Shown one piece after another: positions 12,501-26,559 of a DNA stretch of 64,000 bases. The stretch is from Octopus sinensis (Eukaryota). A program made the translations under genes and the position numbers. How positions within the stretch are numbered: the first letter of the stretch is position 1; each line of letters begins with the position of its first letter. The DNA lies in contig NC_043020.1 in the NCBI RefSeq assembly GCF_006345805.1, forward strand, positions 12,834,001 to 12,898,000. The letters run 5' to 3'. The notes below the pieces were generated by a model. That model was given only the letters and a program-made list of their open reading frames with translations. It made no database searches and was not told where the DNA came from.

Positions 12501-15295
12501 TACAACACTCTTCTTCTATATATTTTGGGCCTGGCATGCTAATGGTCCTGCCAGCTCGCCACCTTCTGGTGCACATTAATATTGGCAGACAAATTCTTTG
12601 GTGGTGGTGGCATGGTAAAATGGTAACACCAGGTCTATGGTGCAAAATAGTTGTTAAAATCCCGAAGATCGGAAAAACAACGAAAACACTAAATGCATGT
12701 ATGGGCCTAATACAAAGTTAATGCCACACAGTTAATGCTAAACTTAGTGAGAACCTCTTGAACATCATGAAACCTTCTTTCTTTCAGATCCAGAAAACTG
12801 ATATTAAACAACAATCCTACTGTCACCGGCAACCCATCTTCTTGTAGGGAAGAAATCTTCAGGGGCTGTTATGAGGAAAGGTTAGATGAGGAGAGATTGC
12901 AGGTATGTGTATTGTGTGCAAGAGGTAAAATGGAGGGGAGCCTCAATCAAATTTTTCACCGGCATTGATCATAGGTTTATATTCTTTTGCATGAGTAGAA
13001 TAGACATAATTAATTTAGAAATGATAAAATAATTGAGGTAACCAGAATGTGCGTGTATGTGTGAGTGTGTGTGTGTGTGTGTGTGTGGTAGAATGATTAA
13101 ACTAAGATTAGTCACGTTGGCTTTCTCTATATATGCATTGCAATAAAGACTGCTTCTATGAAGTGCTCTTGCAAATGCCTCAATAACAAATAACTTCGTT
13201 ATCATGGTTAGGGATTTTAATGGATGTAGTGCAAGGAAAGAAAAGAAATCGAAATATTTGGAATTCTGTGATGTAAACGACTAAATCCTTTGCAACACTA
13301 ACTTCAAGAAACCTGATTAACTACCATGGAAGGAAACAGACAAATTAAAGAGACTTTATACACTCAGCAGAATAGGAAAATGGTTGTGAAGAATCACGGA
13401 CATCATGAGTGACTTTAGAGTAAGACAGATTCAGAGACACAAGACATTATGGAGAAGAAGGTATGGAAGCTGAGAGGCAACATTGCCGGACATAATATTC
13501 AGAGAGGCTCTAAGTAACATGTATGTAAAAGAGGAGGAGATAGAAACCTTCTACATACAGAACAGATGAGAGTTTCTACGAGAAGGAGGTATGGAAGCTG
13601 AGAGGTAACATCAGATCCAGAAAACAGATATTAAACAACAATTCTACTGTCACCGGCAACCCATCTTCTTGTAGGGAAGAAATCTTCAGGGGCTGTTATG
13701 AGGAAAGGTTAGATGAGGAGAGATTGCAGGGATGCTGGACCAATTGTCTGTGTATTGTGTGCAAGAGGTAAAATGGAGGGGAGCCTCAATCAAAGAGGCT
13801 CTAAGTAACATGTATATAGAAGAGGAGATAGGGACCTATTACATAAAGAACAACTAGGAGTTTATGCAAGAGAAATTACTGTGAATGACATACAAGGTCT
13901 GTGATTGGAGCAAGGTAGCAGCCTTGCTCCAACGTGACATGGGAGCGGAATGGTTCAAGTTTGATTCCACTATGCCCTGGCACCTTGGGAAGGGAAATTG
14001 GGTGGAAGCCCATCAGATGCATTGTATGCTGTAACCCAAAAGGGTCCAGTTCTAATCACACCAATTCTACTGAGAATTGTATTAAGGGTTCACATGTCTA
14101 AGGAATATTCAGCCATATAAATACATAAATGATATATTTTTCCACATATAAGTATCTTTATAGATGATGTCTTTGGTTGTTTATGGATGATGTAGGCTGT
14201 CAGCTTCTCTTTACTTGGTATTTAACCATATTGTCTCACAAGATAACATCTCACGGAAATGAAAAGAGCAAAATAAGTCTTGGGTCTGAAAGGATTTCTT
14301 AAATGAGAGATAATTTGTTTTGTACTTTTAATTAATTTTAAAAACTAATGAAGAACGTGAAGGGATTTAGTTAAATAACTAAACAGGTCATTAATAATCC
14401 TTTCTACTATAGGCACAAGGCCTAAAATTTTAAGGGGAGGTCTAGTCGATTACATTGACCCTAATGTTCAACTGGTACTTATTTTATCAACCCTGAAAGG
14501 ATAAAAGGCAAAGTTGACTTCAGTGGAATTTGAACTCAGAACATCAAGATGGATGAAATGCTGCTAAGCATTAGACAGATCGTTGATAATAACATCTTAG
14601 ATACATACATTTATATAAATAAGTATGTGTGTGTGTGTGTGTGTATCTGCATATATGTTGTTACAAAAGTTCTTTGTTTAAAAACATCGCAGAAGGTTTA
14701 TATCTGATTTAAATAGGAACACTTTCAGGTAGGGTTTTCTATTATAGATCTTGGCAGATTGTTATAAAAGAAAGGTTTCAAATCGGATTTAAATAAAAAC
14801 TGGCAAGCATCACTAAACTAAAACAGCAGTATTTTATTGTAATCCATCCAAATTAACTCTCATGGTATCCCGAGGATGAAAAGCTGAAATATAAAACATT
14901 TAGGATTGTAGGAAGCGGCTGCTGATGTTGGACCAAAAGTCTTGTGAATTGAATAAACCAATCTATATCTTTAATGGAGGCATTTCTTTACTGAGTCACC
15001 ACATCAAACTGTTAGAAACTTAGGGGAAGGAATTCTAAAGGAATGAGTTGTTAGTAATGATAATAATAATAATAATAATCCTTTCTACTATAGGCACAAG
15101 GCCTTAAATTTGAAGGAGGGGGATAGTTGATTACATCAACCCTCAGTGTTCAATTAGCATTTATTTTATTGACCCTGAAACGATGAAAGGCAAAGTCGAC
15201 CTCGGCAGAATTTGAACACAGAACGGTAAGACGGACGAAATGCGGCTAAACATTTTGCCCATGGTGCTAATGATTCAGCCAGCTCACCACCTTAA

Positions 15296-15327
<32 letters not shown>

Positions 15328-15757
15328 GTAATAATAATGATAATAATAATAATAATAATATTGGGCTAGATGTTTAGTTTAGGTATAAAATTTTCTACTG
15401 TGAGTCCAGTCTGATAGATGTGAAGATTTGAAGTGAAACCAGTAGAGACATTGTCATTATCATCATCACCATCACCCCTTTAACATCCATTTCCCATGCC
15501 AGCATGGGCTGGACAGTTTGGCAGGAGCTGTCCAGTCACCAATTGCCTGCTTTGACATGGCTGAATGCCCTTCCTAGTGCCAACCCTTTAAAAGAGTGGA
15601 CTGGGTGTTTTTTTTACTTGGCAACCAGTACCAGTACTTTTTACAAGGCACCAGTATCAATGCTTTATACATGGTTCCAGCAGCAATGCTTTTTATGTTG
15701 CACCATCACTGACAGGGTCACCAAATACCTCGCAAGACAAAACAATATTCTGATTAA

Positions 15758-15973
15758 CCCTTTAGTGTTTAAACCGGCTATATCCGGCCTATATATTCTG
15801 CTCATTTTATGCTCAAACTGGCCAGAACCAGTATCTCACACCTACCCTGCAATGTCATTCTAAAAATAAACCATTACATCTTCAAATTTTGAAGCTACAA
15901 GATAATACCAGATTAATTTTTTTAATGTAAATGAATAAGATTATTATTGACATATTATTTGAACGCTAAAGGG
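15758..15973. mobile_element. piggyBac-type MITE
   Basis: TTAA|CCCTTTAG...CTAAAGGG|TTAA. Related copies at about 9274-9490 (+) and 20480-20620 (partial, inverted). Confidence 0.8.
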
Positions 15974-17033
15974 TTAATTAGCATGGTGTATGAGCAAGGT
16001 CTCAGCACACAATGTTGGTGCGCCATAGTCATGATTATCATTGTTTTAATATTTCTCTTTTAATGATAACATGGATGGTTCAGGTTTACAGTTGAAGATA
16101 TCATTGTCATAACAACCAATTTGTATCATCTGCTGATCACACAGCCACGCCAGCCTCATAAATATCTAAATAATAGTGTTTCTTGTTGTGACAAGCTCAA
16201 GGTAGACTTCGTCAAACTGACCTCAATATTTGGTACCTATTGATTGTGGAGGCACGTGGCCTAGTGGTTAGAGCAGTGGACTCGCGGTCGAGGGATCGCG
16301 GGTTCGAATCTCAGACCGGGCGATGTGTATGCTTATGAGTGAAAACACCTAAGCTCCACGCGGCTCCGGCAGAAGGTAATGGCGAACTTCTGCTGACTCT
16401 TTCGCCACAACTTTCTCTCACTCTTTCCTCCTGCATCGAACAGCTCATCTGCGACGGACCGGCGTCCCGTCCAGGTGGGGAACCTATATGCCAAGAAACC
16501 AGGAAACCGGCCCTTATGAGCCAGGCATGGCTCGAAAAGGAACAAAACAACTTATTGATTGACTTTGGGAAACAAGAATGAAAAGTTGTCCATCATGGTA
16601 TTTGAACTCAGAATATAAAAGAATCTAACAAAATATTGCTGTCAAATTTTGGCACCAGACCAGAATTTCAGTGAATTACATTGACTTCAGTACCAACTGG
16701 TACTTATTTTATCAGCCTTGTAAAGATGAAAGGCAAAGGCGACCTCAGCAGAATTTGAACTCTGAGTGTATAGATGGATGAAATACTACTGAGCATTTTG
16801 CTGGGTGTACCTTCACCTTCAATTCCCCAACCCAATGCCTTCATAAAATATATCAATAATAAATCTAATTTTCACACAAGGCCAGCAATTTTAGGGGGTG
16901 GAGTTAGCTAATTACATCAATTGTAGGATTTGGTTGATATTTTATTTTATTGATCCTCAAAGGATGAATGACAAAATTGACCTTGGCACAATTTGAACTC
17001 AGAATGTAAAGAACTGGATAAAAAAGCTACCAA

Positions 17034-17084
17034 ACATCTGTTCAATGTGCGAACAATTCTGCAGCTCACTGCTTCAAATCATGT

Positions 17085-17133
<49 letters not shown>

Positions 17134-17776
17134 CAATATAATGAAACAGTAATTATAGTCGTTATGTGAGAGCAAAGCTGTTTTTAATGGTTGGTCGAAT
17201 AAGGAAAGGCTGCACTTTATGACACTTTATGCTGTGTCCAAGACCGATGAGAGAATCTCAATCCTCTGATCAGGGCAATGGATGAAGTCTGCTACACAGT
17301 TTTCATTTACTTAATTTGAAGTTGAATATTTTGGACTTGCTAAGCACAGAGCCATACCTCCACCAAATGATAAGGGTCCAGGGTTAATTAATTTAACGAG
17401 ATGGCAGTTAACTAGGGATGAGACATAGGATTTGTACCATCACAACATGGTGTGTGTATGTGTGTGTGTGTGTGTGTGTGGTGTGTGTGTGTGTGTGTAT
17501 GAGGGAGGGGCTTAATGCATCTTTATTATAATCATTATTATTATTTTCAAGATTCTGCGAACTGGCAGAATCGTTAGCACACCGGGTAAAATGCTAAGTG
17601 GCATTTCATCCAGTCTTTACGTTCTGAGTTCAAATTCTGCCGAGGTTGATTTTGCCTTTCATCCTTCTGGGGTCGATGAAATAAGTACCAGTGAATCACT
17701 GGGGTCGATGTAATTGACTAGTCCTGCTAGTCCCATTCCCCCAAGAATTTCAGGCTTTGTGCCTATAGTAGAAAGG

Positions 17777-17820
<44 letters not shown>

Positions 17821-18501
17821 AACTACTATGATAGATTAGATAGTTAACTTGGTAAGAATTTGATCTACGAAGAAAACAACAACTGTCCTGTTTCAGAGGA
17901 AATTCAAGAGAATTTGGAAGAAAAATCAAGAAATGGCAAGAAATATAGCAGTCTGCAGAGGTAGGTGACAGAAATGTTAAGAGAATTCAGCAGAAAAGAA
18001 GAGGAATGCAAAAAGAATCAGAACTGGCGACATGGGAAGATAGGAGAGTATATAAAAAACAATATTTATTATCTAAAGACTTTCTTTTGCCCTGAGACTG
18101 TAAATCTAATATTAAAGTCATTCCAACAGTGACCACTCCATCTATTTTCAGTTATTTTGTTTTGTTTTGTGTTTAAAACTACATTTAAGAATGTGTCCTT
18201 CTCAATTTTAAGACAGTCAAATGTAATTTAAGAGAGGTCTCATTGTTATTTTGATGCTGTCCCTTTGACAGAAGGATGGGAGCATTGTTTAACCCTGGGT
18301 CAGCTCTCACCAAGCAGGCCTATGATCAAAGATATTTAAGCCCTGGCCATTCCATCAGATTCTTCAGCCATAATATATCTTATTATCTAATATGCCCTTC
18401 TCATGTTTAAGATGGTGAGATGTGATTAGGTGCCTATATCTAGAAGGTTCACATCTGTTCAATGTGCGAACAATTCTGCAGCTCACTGCTTCAAATCATG
18501 T

Positions 18502-18565
<64 letters not shown>

Positions 18566-18789
18566 CAATATAATGAAATAGTAATTATAGTCGTTATGTG
18601 AGAGCAAAGCTGTTTTTAATGGTTGGTTGAATAAGGAAAGGCTGCACTTTATGAACTTTATGCTTTGTGTGTCCAAGACCGATGAGAGAATCTCAATCTC
18701 TGATCAGGGCAATGGATGAAGTCTGCTACACAGTTTTCATTTACTTAATTTGAAGTTGAATATTTTGGACTTGCTAAGCACAGAGCCAT
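17034..18789. repeat. Dispersed direct duplication of about 320 bp (17034-17355 and 18450-18789)
   Basis: Near-identical non-TE-looking sequence including an (AAT)n tract. Confidence 0.8.
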
Positions 18790-18874
18790 TTTGCTGAGAA
18801 CCACTTGAGGGTTTGCAAAGAAGGGAGATGTAGGGTGGCTGGGGGAAATAATTTAATTAATTCCTCTCAATAAT

Positions 18875-20250
18875 CATGCTATGTCGTTTTGTCTAATGTT
18901 ACTGCATCTAACGTTTTTTGTCCATGTCTTTTGGTCTGACATCATTTTGTCTAATGATTTTTTTGTCCAATGACAAATCATATCAATAAAATTCTCAATA
19001 ATTATTTAATTTAATGTTCACTTTGTTTTCTAAAGAGTTTATTTAAAATTGGGCAAGAAGTCGTTGGACAAAAAAAATGTCAAACCAAAAGACGTGGATG
19101 AAGTGATGTTGGACAAGAAGTCGTTGGACAAAATATGTCAACAAAAGACGTGATGAAGTGATGTTGGACAGAAGTCGTTGGACAAAAGATGTCAAACCAA
19201 AAGACGTGGATGAAGTGATGTTGGACAAGAAGTCGTTGGACAAAAAATGTCAAACCAAAAGACGTGGATGAAGTGATGTTGACAAGAAGTCGTTGGACAA
19301 AAAATGTCAAACCAAACGGGACGTGGATGAAGTGATGTTGGACAAGAAGTCGTTTGACAAAAAATGTCAAACCAAAAGACGTGGATGAAGTGATGTTGGA
19401 CAAGAAGTCGTTGGACAAAAAAGTCAACCAAAAGACGTGGATATGAAGTGATGTGGACAAGAAGTCGTTGGACAAAAAATGTCAAACCAAAAGACGTGGA
19501 TGAAGTGATGTTGGACAAGAAGTCGTTGGACAAAAAAATGTCAAACCAAAAGACGTGGGAGGATGAAGTGAGTTGGACAGAAGTCATTGGACGAAAAAAT
19601 GTCAAACAAAAGACGTGGATGAAGTGATGTTGGACAAGAAGTCGTTGGACAAAAAAATGTCAAACCAAAAGACGTGGATGAAGTGATGTTGACAAGAAGT
19701 CATTGGACGAAAAATGTCAAACCAAAAGACTGGATGAAGTGATGTGGACAAGAAGTCGTTGGACAAAAAAATGTCAAACCAAAAGACGTGGATGAAGTGA
19801 TGTTGGACAAGAAGTCGTTGGACAAAAAAATGTCAAACCAAAAGACGTGGATGAAGTGATGTTGGACAAGAAGTCGTTGGACAAAAAAATGTCAAACCAA
19901 AAGACGTGGATGAAGTGATGTTGGACAAGAAGTCGTTGGACAAAAAATGTCAAACCAAAAGACGTGGATGAAGTGATGTTGGACAAGAAGTCGTTGGACA
20001 AAAAAATGTCAAACCAAAAGACGTGGATGAAGTGATGTTGGACAAGAAGTCGTTGGACAAAAAAATGTCAAACCAAAAGATGTGGATGAAGTGATGTTGG
20101 ACAAGAAGTCATTGGACGAAAAATGTCAAACCAAAAGACGAGGATGAAGTGATGTTGGACAAGAAGTCGTTGGACAAAAAAATGTCAAACCAAAAGACGT
20201 GGATGAAGTGATGTTGGACAAAGTGACATCAGACGAAAAGTCAGGTCATG
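18875..20250. mobile_element. Non-autonomous Mutator/Foldback-type element with 9-bp TSD and expanded right arm
   Basis: 9-bp direct repeat CTCAATAAT at 18866-18874 and 20251-20259. Ends CATG...CATG are imperfect inverted repeats. Left arm (18875-18975) has degenerate inverted copies of the repeat unit that is amplified in the right arm. Confidence 0.8.
19051..20222. repeat. Minisatellite, about 20 copies of a 59-60 bp unit built from four 14-15 bp monomers
   Basis: Unit GGACAAGAAGTCGTT GGACAAAAAAATGTC AAACCAAAAGACGT GGATGAAGTGATGTT, highly homogeneous. Confidence 0.95.
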
Positions 20251-20631
20251 CTCAATAATTACCAAAGACATCGAACATTTGCAATCAAACATGTATCAGC
20301 TTCCTAAGAATTAACTTCTCACTCAGCAGCACACCACCAAAAAAATGTACAAATAAATATTTACTTGTAAGCTCATTTCTTTCTTCTTCTTCCTTCTTTC
20401 TCTTCATTTCTCCATTCACTTCATTCATTCTTTCACATTCACATAATTTTGCCAAAATTAATACTTTATTATTCACATTGCATTGAATTATTCATGTATC
20501 ATCTTGTAGCTATGAGACTTTGATGGGGTAACTGTTTGTGAGAGAGCCAGATCTGGCCAGGTTGAACATGAAAAGGAAAGATTATTTTAGCTGGATATGA
20601 CCAGATAAATGCTAAAGTGTTAAATATTTAA

Positions 20632-20850
20632 CCCTTTCATTACTGTATTTATTTTGAGATGTTCTGTGTTTCTCTTAATTATTTTAGATATAACAAAGAA
20701 TTTAATAATAACTTCACTTTCATTTAGCTAGTGTTAGGAATATAAATTGTGACTATGGTTTGGTGGAAGATTTTAATTCAAAACTTATGAAAACAAGACA
20801 TTTGTACTACAGAGCCAGAGGCGGTTTCAGCCGGGTTGGTAACGGAAGAG
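20632..20850. mobile_element. piggyBac-type MITE, second family
   Basis: TTAA|CCCTTTC...GGAAGAG|TTAA; imperfect short TIRs. Confidence 0.65.
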
Positions 20851-20899
20851 TTAAGTAAAGATATGGATAGTTTAGCTATGAGATATTGATTGATTAGCT

Positions 20900-20940
<41 letters not shown>

Positions 20941-21131
20941 AACAATTAAGGATAACCTCTTAATAAGGAATCTTAACAAGAATTATCAGGTAGTTAGCGT
21001 GAAAAACCTCATAAGAGAAAAATTCGAAAATAATTTTTTCACATGAAAATATTAATTTATTTATATGTATAGAGGCATTATTACACATTACATTTATGTG
21101 TAATAATTCCCTCTATACAATATAAATATAT

Positions 21132-21165
<34 letters not shown>

Positions 21166-21630
21166 CATACATACATACATATATATTAGTGTGAGTGTGT
21201 GAGAGAGAGAGAGAGGCAGAGAGAGGGAGCCAGAGCGAGAGAACTGCAAAGATTTTGTAATAAAATACCTGCAGATACAGTTATTATAGGGCTTTCAATA
21301 TCTTCTAAATTAATTGGTTGAGATACTACTGGACTTCTACAATAAGATTCAAAGACTGAACACTGAACTGTTCTGTCGAGGATTTCTCAGAAATATTAAA
21401 AATTTCTCCAAGAAGATATGTGTAGATCTTCTTCGGAAATCCCTTTTGTATAAAAATAAAGATATAACGAATTTGTAATCAACATTATTCTTATGTACAA
21501 AAACATTTCAACAGGCAGGGCCAGGTAACATGTGTTACATCAAATTATGATACATGTATGTATATATAGATCAAATTATAAGTTACATATATATATGTAT
21601 TATCTCAAATACCAAACTGTTAATCCCTGT

Positions 21631-21661
<31 letters not shown>

Positions 21662-21989
21662 GTTATATGTTTAATTAGTTATTCCTAAACACCTTTTCTT
21701 TTGCCATTTTAAAATAATTATGGTTATTTTTAGAAAGTTGTTTTTTTTTATCTAAATGGAAAAAAAGAAAGGTTAATAATTAGTGATAATAATTGTTGTT
21801 AATAATTAGTGATAAATGATTAATGAATAAAAGTAAATTAAAATGATGACTAAGCCAGTCATCTTGTTTAGATCATTTAGAATTAAAAGATAAAACAAAT
21901 CTACAAATAAACTTTAAATAAAAAGAAAATAATAGTCTAACTTAGACTAAAGTGTAATGTAGAAGTTGCTACTAACAACTGTATAGGAA

Positions 21990-22640
21990 GAAAATGTTTT
22001 CCTATAAAATAGAAGTGTGTTGTTTCAATAAACAGGTTTAAAGATAATGTTTTGTAAACAGGATAGGCAGAAGAAAATATTTTTTTAACAAGCAAGACAG
22101 GAGATAATGATGTTTTTTTAACAGGTAATGCAGGAAACAATAATATTTTTTTTAACAGGAAACGTAGGAGGAAACAATATTTTTAACAGGAGACTCAAGA
22201 AAAAACAATTTTTTTTTTTTGATAGGAAAGACAAGACAACGATATAATTTTCAGGGGAAAGATTGCAGACCATGTATTTTTTAACATGAACAGGAGAAAG
22301 CAACGATATTTAACAGGAAAGCCAAGAGACAAATATTTTTTTAACAGGGGGAGATGGGAGATAATTTTTTTTTTAACTGGAAAGAGGGGAAACAACAATT
22401 GATTTTAACAGGAGACAATATTTTTTTTAAAGGAAACACAAGCAACAACAGTTTTTTTTTCAAAGGGAAACACAGAAGACAGCAAAGACAACAGTGTTTT
22501 CTTTTAATAGGAAAGAGAGGAGAACACAATGTTTTTTTTTCACAGTAAAAACAGGGGAAGACAATGATTTTTTTCATGGGCAAGAAAAGAGACAACAGTT
22601 ACTTTTTTTTTCTCACAGTAAAGATAGACAATGAGGATAT
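21990..22640. repeat. Degenerate ~30-bp tandem repeat of alternating T-tracts and purine tracts
   Basis: Recurrent TTTTTT-AACAGG-(R)n-ACAA units. Confidence 0.6.
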
Positions 22641-24302
22641 TTAAAATTTCTTATTAATTTATTTGGTTTGTATGGAAGATAGCTATAAATAATAAAGAAA
22701 TATACATCTAATGATGGTATACAATAACATGGCATTTAAGAAACCATAATACAGTAATTCAATAACTTATTCTACTTTATGTTGGCAATAAAATTTCATT
22801 CTATAAATATTTGAATATGAAATTTTCATTAACAACAACGTGAAAAAAAATCCAGAAAAAATGAGGACAGTTAAAAAAAAAAAATAATAATAATAATAAA
22901 AATAAATAAATAAAATAAAAAAGGCAGACAATTGATGGCTTCAAAGAATTGTTTTTAGCAACAAAGAACTTAATTCTAAGTTTTGTTCAACTGATGTAGT
23001 TTTTATTTTTATCAGTACTACGGTTAGTATATCTATGTTGCTGGAGACTGGGTTTTGAGGTTAATTTGTGTCACTTTCCTGGCTATATAGTTGGGTTTAC
23101 TTTTTTCTTTCGAGTCTTCTTTTAATTATAGATAGTCCTCATAAGGGATAAACAGATCATTACTACTTTCCCTGCAAGTGAGAGGTGTCAACCAATGGAT
23201 CTGTTTGGAACTGTCAGGAGTCAAAGAAATAACATTAAGAGAATTGTCAGAAGATTTGGAAATATTTCCAAAATTTCCATTGATCATTTCTCACAATTGT
23301 AGTGCCATACCTAAACTAGAGAGTGGTCCTGTATTTCTTATTAAATTCAATGAAGAATTTGGAGGAATTTTTGTAAAATAACTAACTTTGTCATTTTTAT
23401 GTCTGTGATGGAGAAGCATATTAACAACAGTTTGTTCGATAAAAACTATGATGAAATATTTTGATTAATTTATGAACAATTTGAAACATTGTTCTGAATC
23501 ATAGAACAGAGGTGGTAGTCTTCGGGGAAAGTTGGGTAAGGAGATGGAAAAGGTTAAAAATTAAGAAAACAAACGAAAATAACTTCTAAGAAATTTTTTT
23601 TTATAAATTGAACCGGCGCTAAAGAAAATAAAAAAAACTACAGAATGGTCCTGTATTTTTAATCAAATACAATTGTTTAAGAATTTTAATAAATTTTGGA
23701 AAATAATCAAGAATTTGGAGGAATTTTGCAAAATAGCTAACTTTGTCATTTTTATGTCTGTGATGGAGAAACATATTAACAACAGTTTGTTTGATAAAAA
23801 CTATGATGAAACATTTTGATTAATTTATAAACATGGTTTTGCATCATAGAACCAGAGGGGGTGGTCTTCAGGGAAAGAGGGGTAAGGAGATGGAAATGGT
23901 TAATAATTAAGAAAACAAACAAAAATAACTTCTAAGAGATTATTTTTTATAAATTGAACCGGCGCTAAAGAAAATAAGTCATTTAGAAGTGGTACTGTAT
24001 TTTTTATGGTTCTGGAGTTTTGGTTTTAAAACTGAAATATGCCAGTGAAACAGTAACACTAAAATGGTTTTTGTTTCATAACAAAAGATTCATATGTTCC
24101 GATTTTCGCCCTATAACGGTAACAACAGACTCCTTTATTTACATTTGTCTTTTTTTTTCTTTTCAATGTCTTGGCAATAAATTGGAAGCAATAATCATTA
24201 CATACACACACACACACACATTTATGTTCACACATCTGTACTTACAAGTACATATCTCGTGTGTGTATGTGTATGTGTGTGTATGTATGTGTGAGTGTGT
24301 GG

Positions 24303-24342
<40 letters not shown>

Positions 24343-24670
24343 TATGTTGTTGATGATTAACATTTGTAACTATATTTTACAGTGAGTCAACGTTATCTGA
24401 TAAGAACTTATGAACTGTAGAGTATATATACATATACACACATAATATATGATATTTTATGTTTAAATATATATATATCCATATTATGTGTACATATATA
24501 TAATATATATGGATATATATATATATAATATATATATATTATAATATATATTTATTTATATATAAAATATCATATATATATATATATATGTGTATGTATA
24601 TATAATATATATTATATACATATATATATTTATATATGTATATATATAATGTATATATATATAGTATATA

Positions 24671-24726
<56 letters not shown>

Positions 24727-25342
24727 CATACATATATACATACATACATACATACATACATAACATATACATATAATAAAGAGTGACAAGTTGTAGCTTC
24801 TATGACTGCAAATTGAAGCCAAAGAAGTGTTCTTTTCTAGTGTTCACGAGGGTTGTAGTCAAAATCGTGACTATCAATAAGGTAGGTCTAGAGAGTTGAG
24901 AAAAAGATTACAGAGAAAATCAACTTATCTACATTCAGCTCCAACAGTCGACGATTTGATAATAGTGGTAGTTTGGGGATAAATCAGATCCGGTCCCAAA
25001 ATCACTGCTGCCAAATCATTAATCCTAGGAAGAAGATCTAGTCTATTTCTACTTTCTTCATTCTCAACTCACCGTCAGCCGCCTCGATGGCAACTAGAAA
25101 TGACTGCATCTCTTCTGAACACCTCAAAAGAGAAAGCCTTTGACTCCAACTTTACAGAATGACAAAACCTAGAAGTAACAGTCACTTTGTTATGAAATAT
25201 ATATATATATTAATCGAAGTGTACAGTATTAAATATCTATAACAGCCGATTTTACCAATCGGTTTTGCACTATGGGTCCAAAGGAGTGTTAGCTAACAGT
25301 CCGATTATGAAACCCTGTGCTCTTCAGAGGTAGCCATATATA

Positions 25343-25380
<38 letters not shown>

Positions 25381-25387
25381 TATATAT

Positions 25388-25418
<31 letters not shown>

Positions 25419-25722
25419 CATACATACATATATATATATATACACACACACACATGTTAAAAAGTTTTCTTGTATTTACTATAGCCTCAGCTGTAGAAAC
25501 TTGCTATCTCAGTAACAACTCTTGTTTTTCATTTAGTTTTTCAACATTTGATTAAAAAAAAAATCATTACAGTGATTTCCATAGAAAAGAAGAGAGAGAG
25601 AGAGAGAGGATGAGGGAGCGAAACAAGTAGAAGACAAATATGTTTAGTTATACAGAAATTCTTGTTTTTACTAAATGTCATTTTGTTTGCCAATGCGATT
25701 AATTAACAAAAGAACAAAATTT

Positions 25723-25753
<31 letters not shown>

Positions 25754-25760
25754 TATATAT

Positions 25761-25791
<31 letters not shown>

Positions 25792-26127
25792 ATATATATG
25801 TAACAGTTTTTCATCATGAATTGGTGTTTGTGTGTTAGAATGAATGAAGCAAATTTTCACAGCTGCACAAGTATGGAGGGAGAGAGCTGACTAGAACAAC
25901 AGTTGTCCATTGAAAGCAAATATTATACAAGGTATTATCTCTGGGGAGGAGAAAAAAAAATAACAACTAAATATTGCACTTTAATGCTTCCATACTGTAA
26001 ATTTGAACCTCTATGTTGCAGCAGATAGCCAAACACATCTACAATTATAATGCAAAGATGATAACACACTGCAGACCTTTTGTCTGCATATATATACATA
26101 TATATATGTATGTGTGTGTGTGTATGG

Positions 26128-26184
<57 letters not shown>

Positions 26185-26403
26185 CACACACACACATGTA
26201 TGTAAGGGTGGGGAATATCACACAAAAAGTGGGTAAGACATTAAGTTTTCTTTTACAGAAAGATAAAACATGGCTGCCCCAAATTTAGGGAACAGTTTTT
26301 TTTTTTGTATTTTTGTTTTTAATCTTTGGTTAGTCAGAGAATCATGTCTTACAGTAGAAATGAACCAATGCTACAGTGAGGTGACATAAACATATATATA
26401 TAT

Positions 26404-26475
<72 letters not shown>

Positions 26476-26510
26476 CATATGCACATATACATATTATATA
26501 TATATACATG

Positions 26511-26559
<49 letters not shown>

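Noticed and set aside
16246-16320. tRNA-like sequences (also 49998, 53113 and the heads of SINE-A and SINE-B)
   Set aside because: Box A/B heads run straight into SINE bodies with tails and TSDs; they are not free tRNA genes.
19043-20001. Repetitive ORFs across the 60-bp array (and 40770-41295 across the 85-bp array)
   Set aside because: By-products of tandem repeats, broken by frameshifts, with no splice or start context.
19051-20222. CRISPR-like appearance of the regular arrays
   Set aside because: Units are contiguous with no unique spacers, the context is eukaryotic, and there are no cas genes.
24785-25190. Moderate-GC island between TA tracts
   Set aside because: Minus-strand frames I translated are interrupted by stops and no motif was recognised; unclassified remnant.
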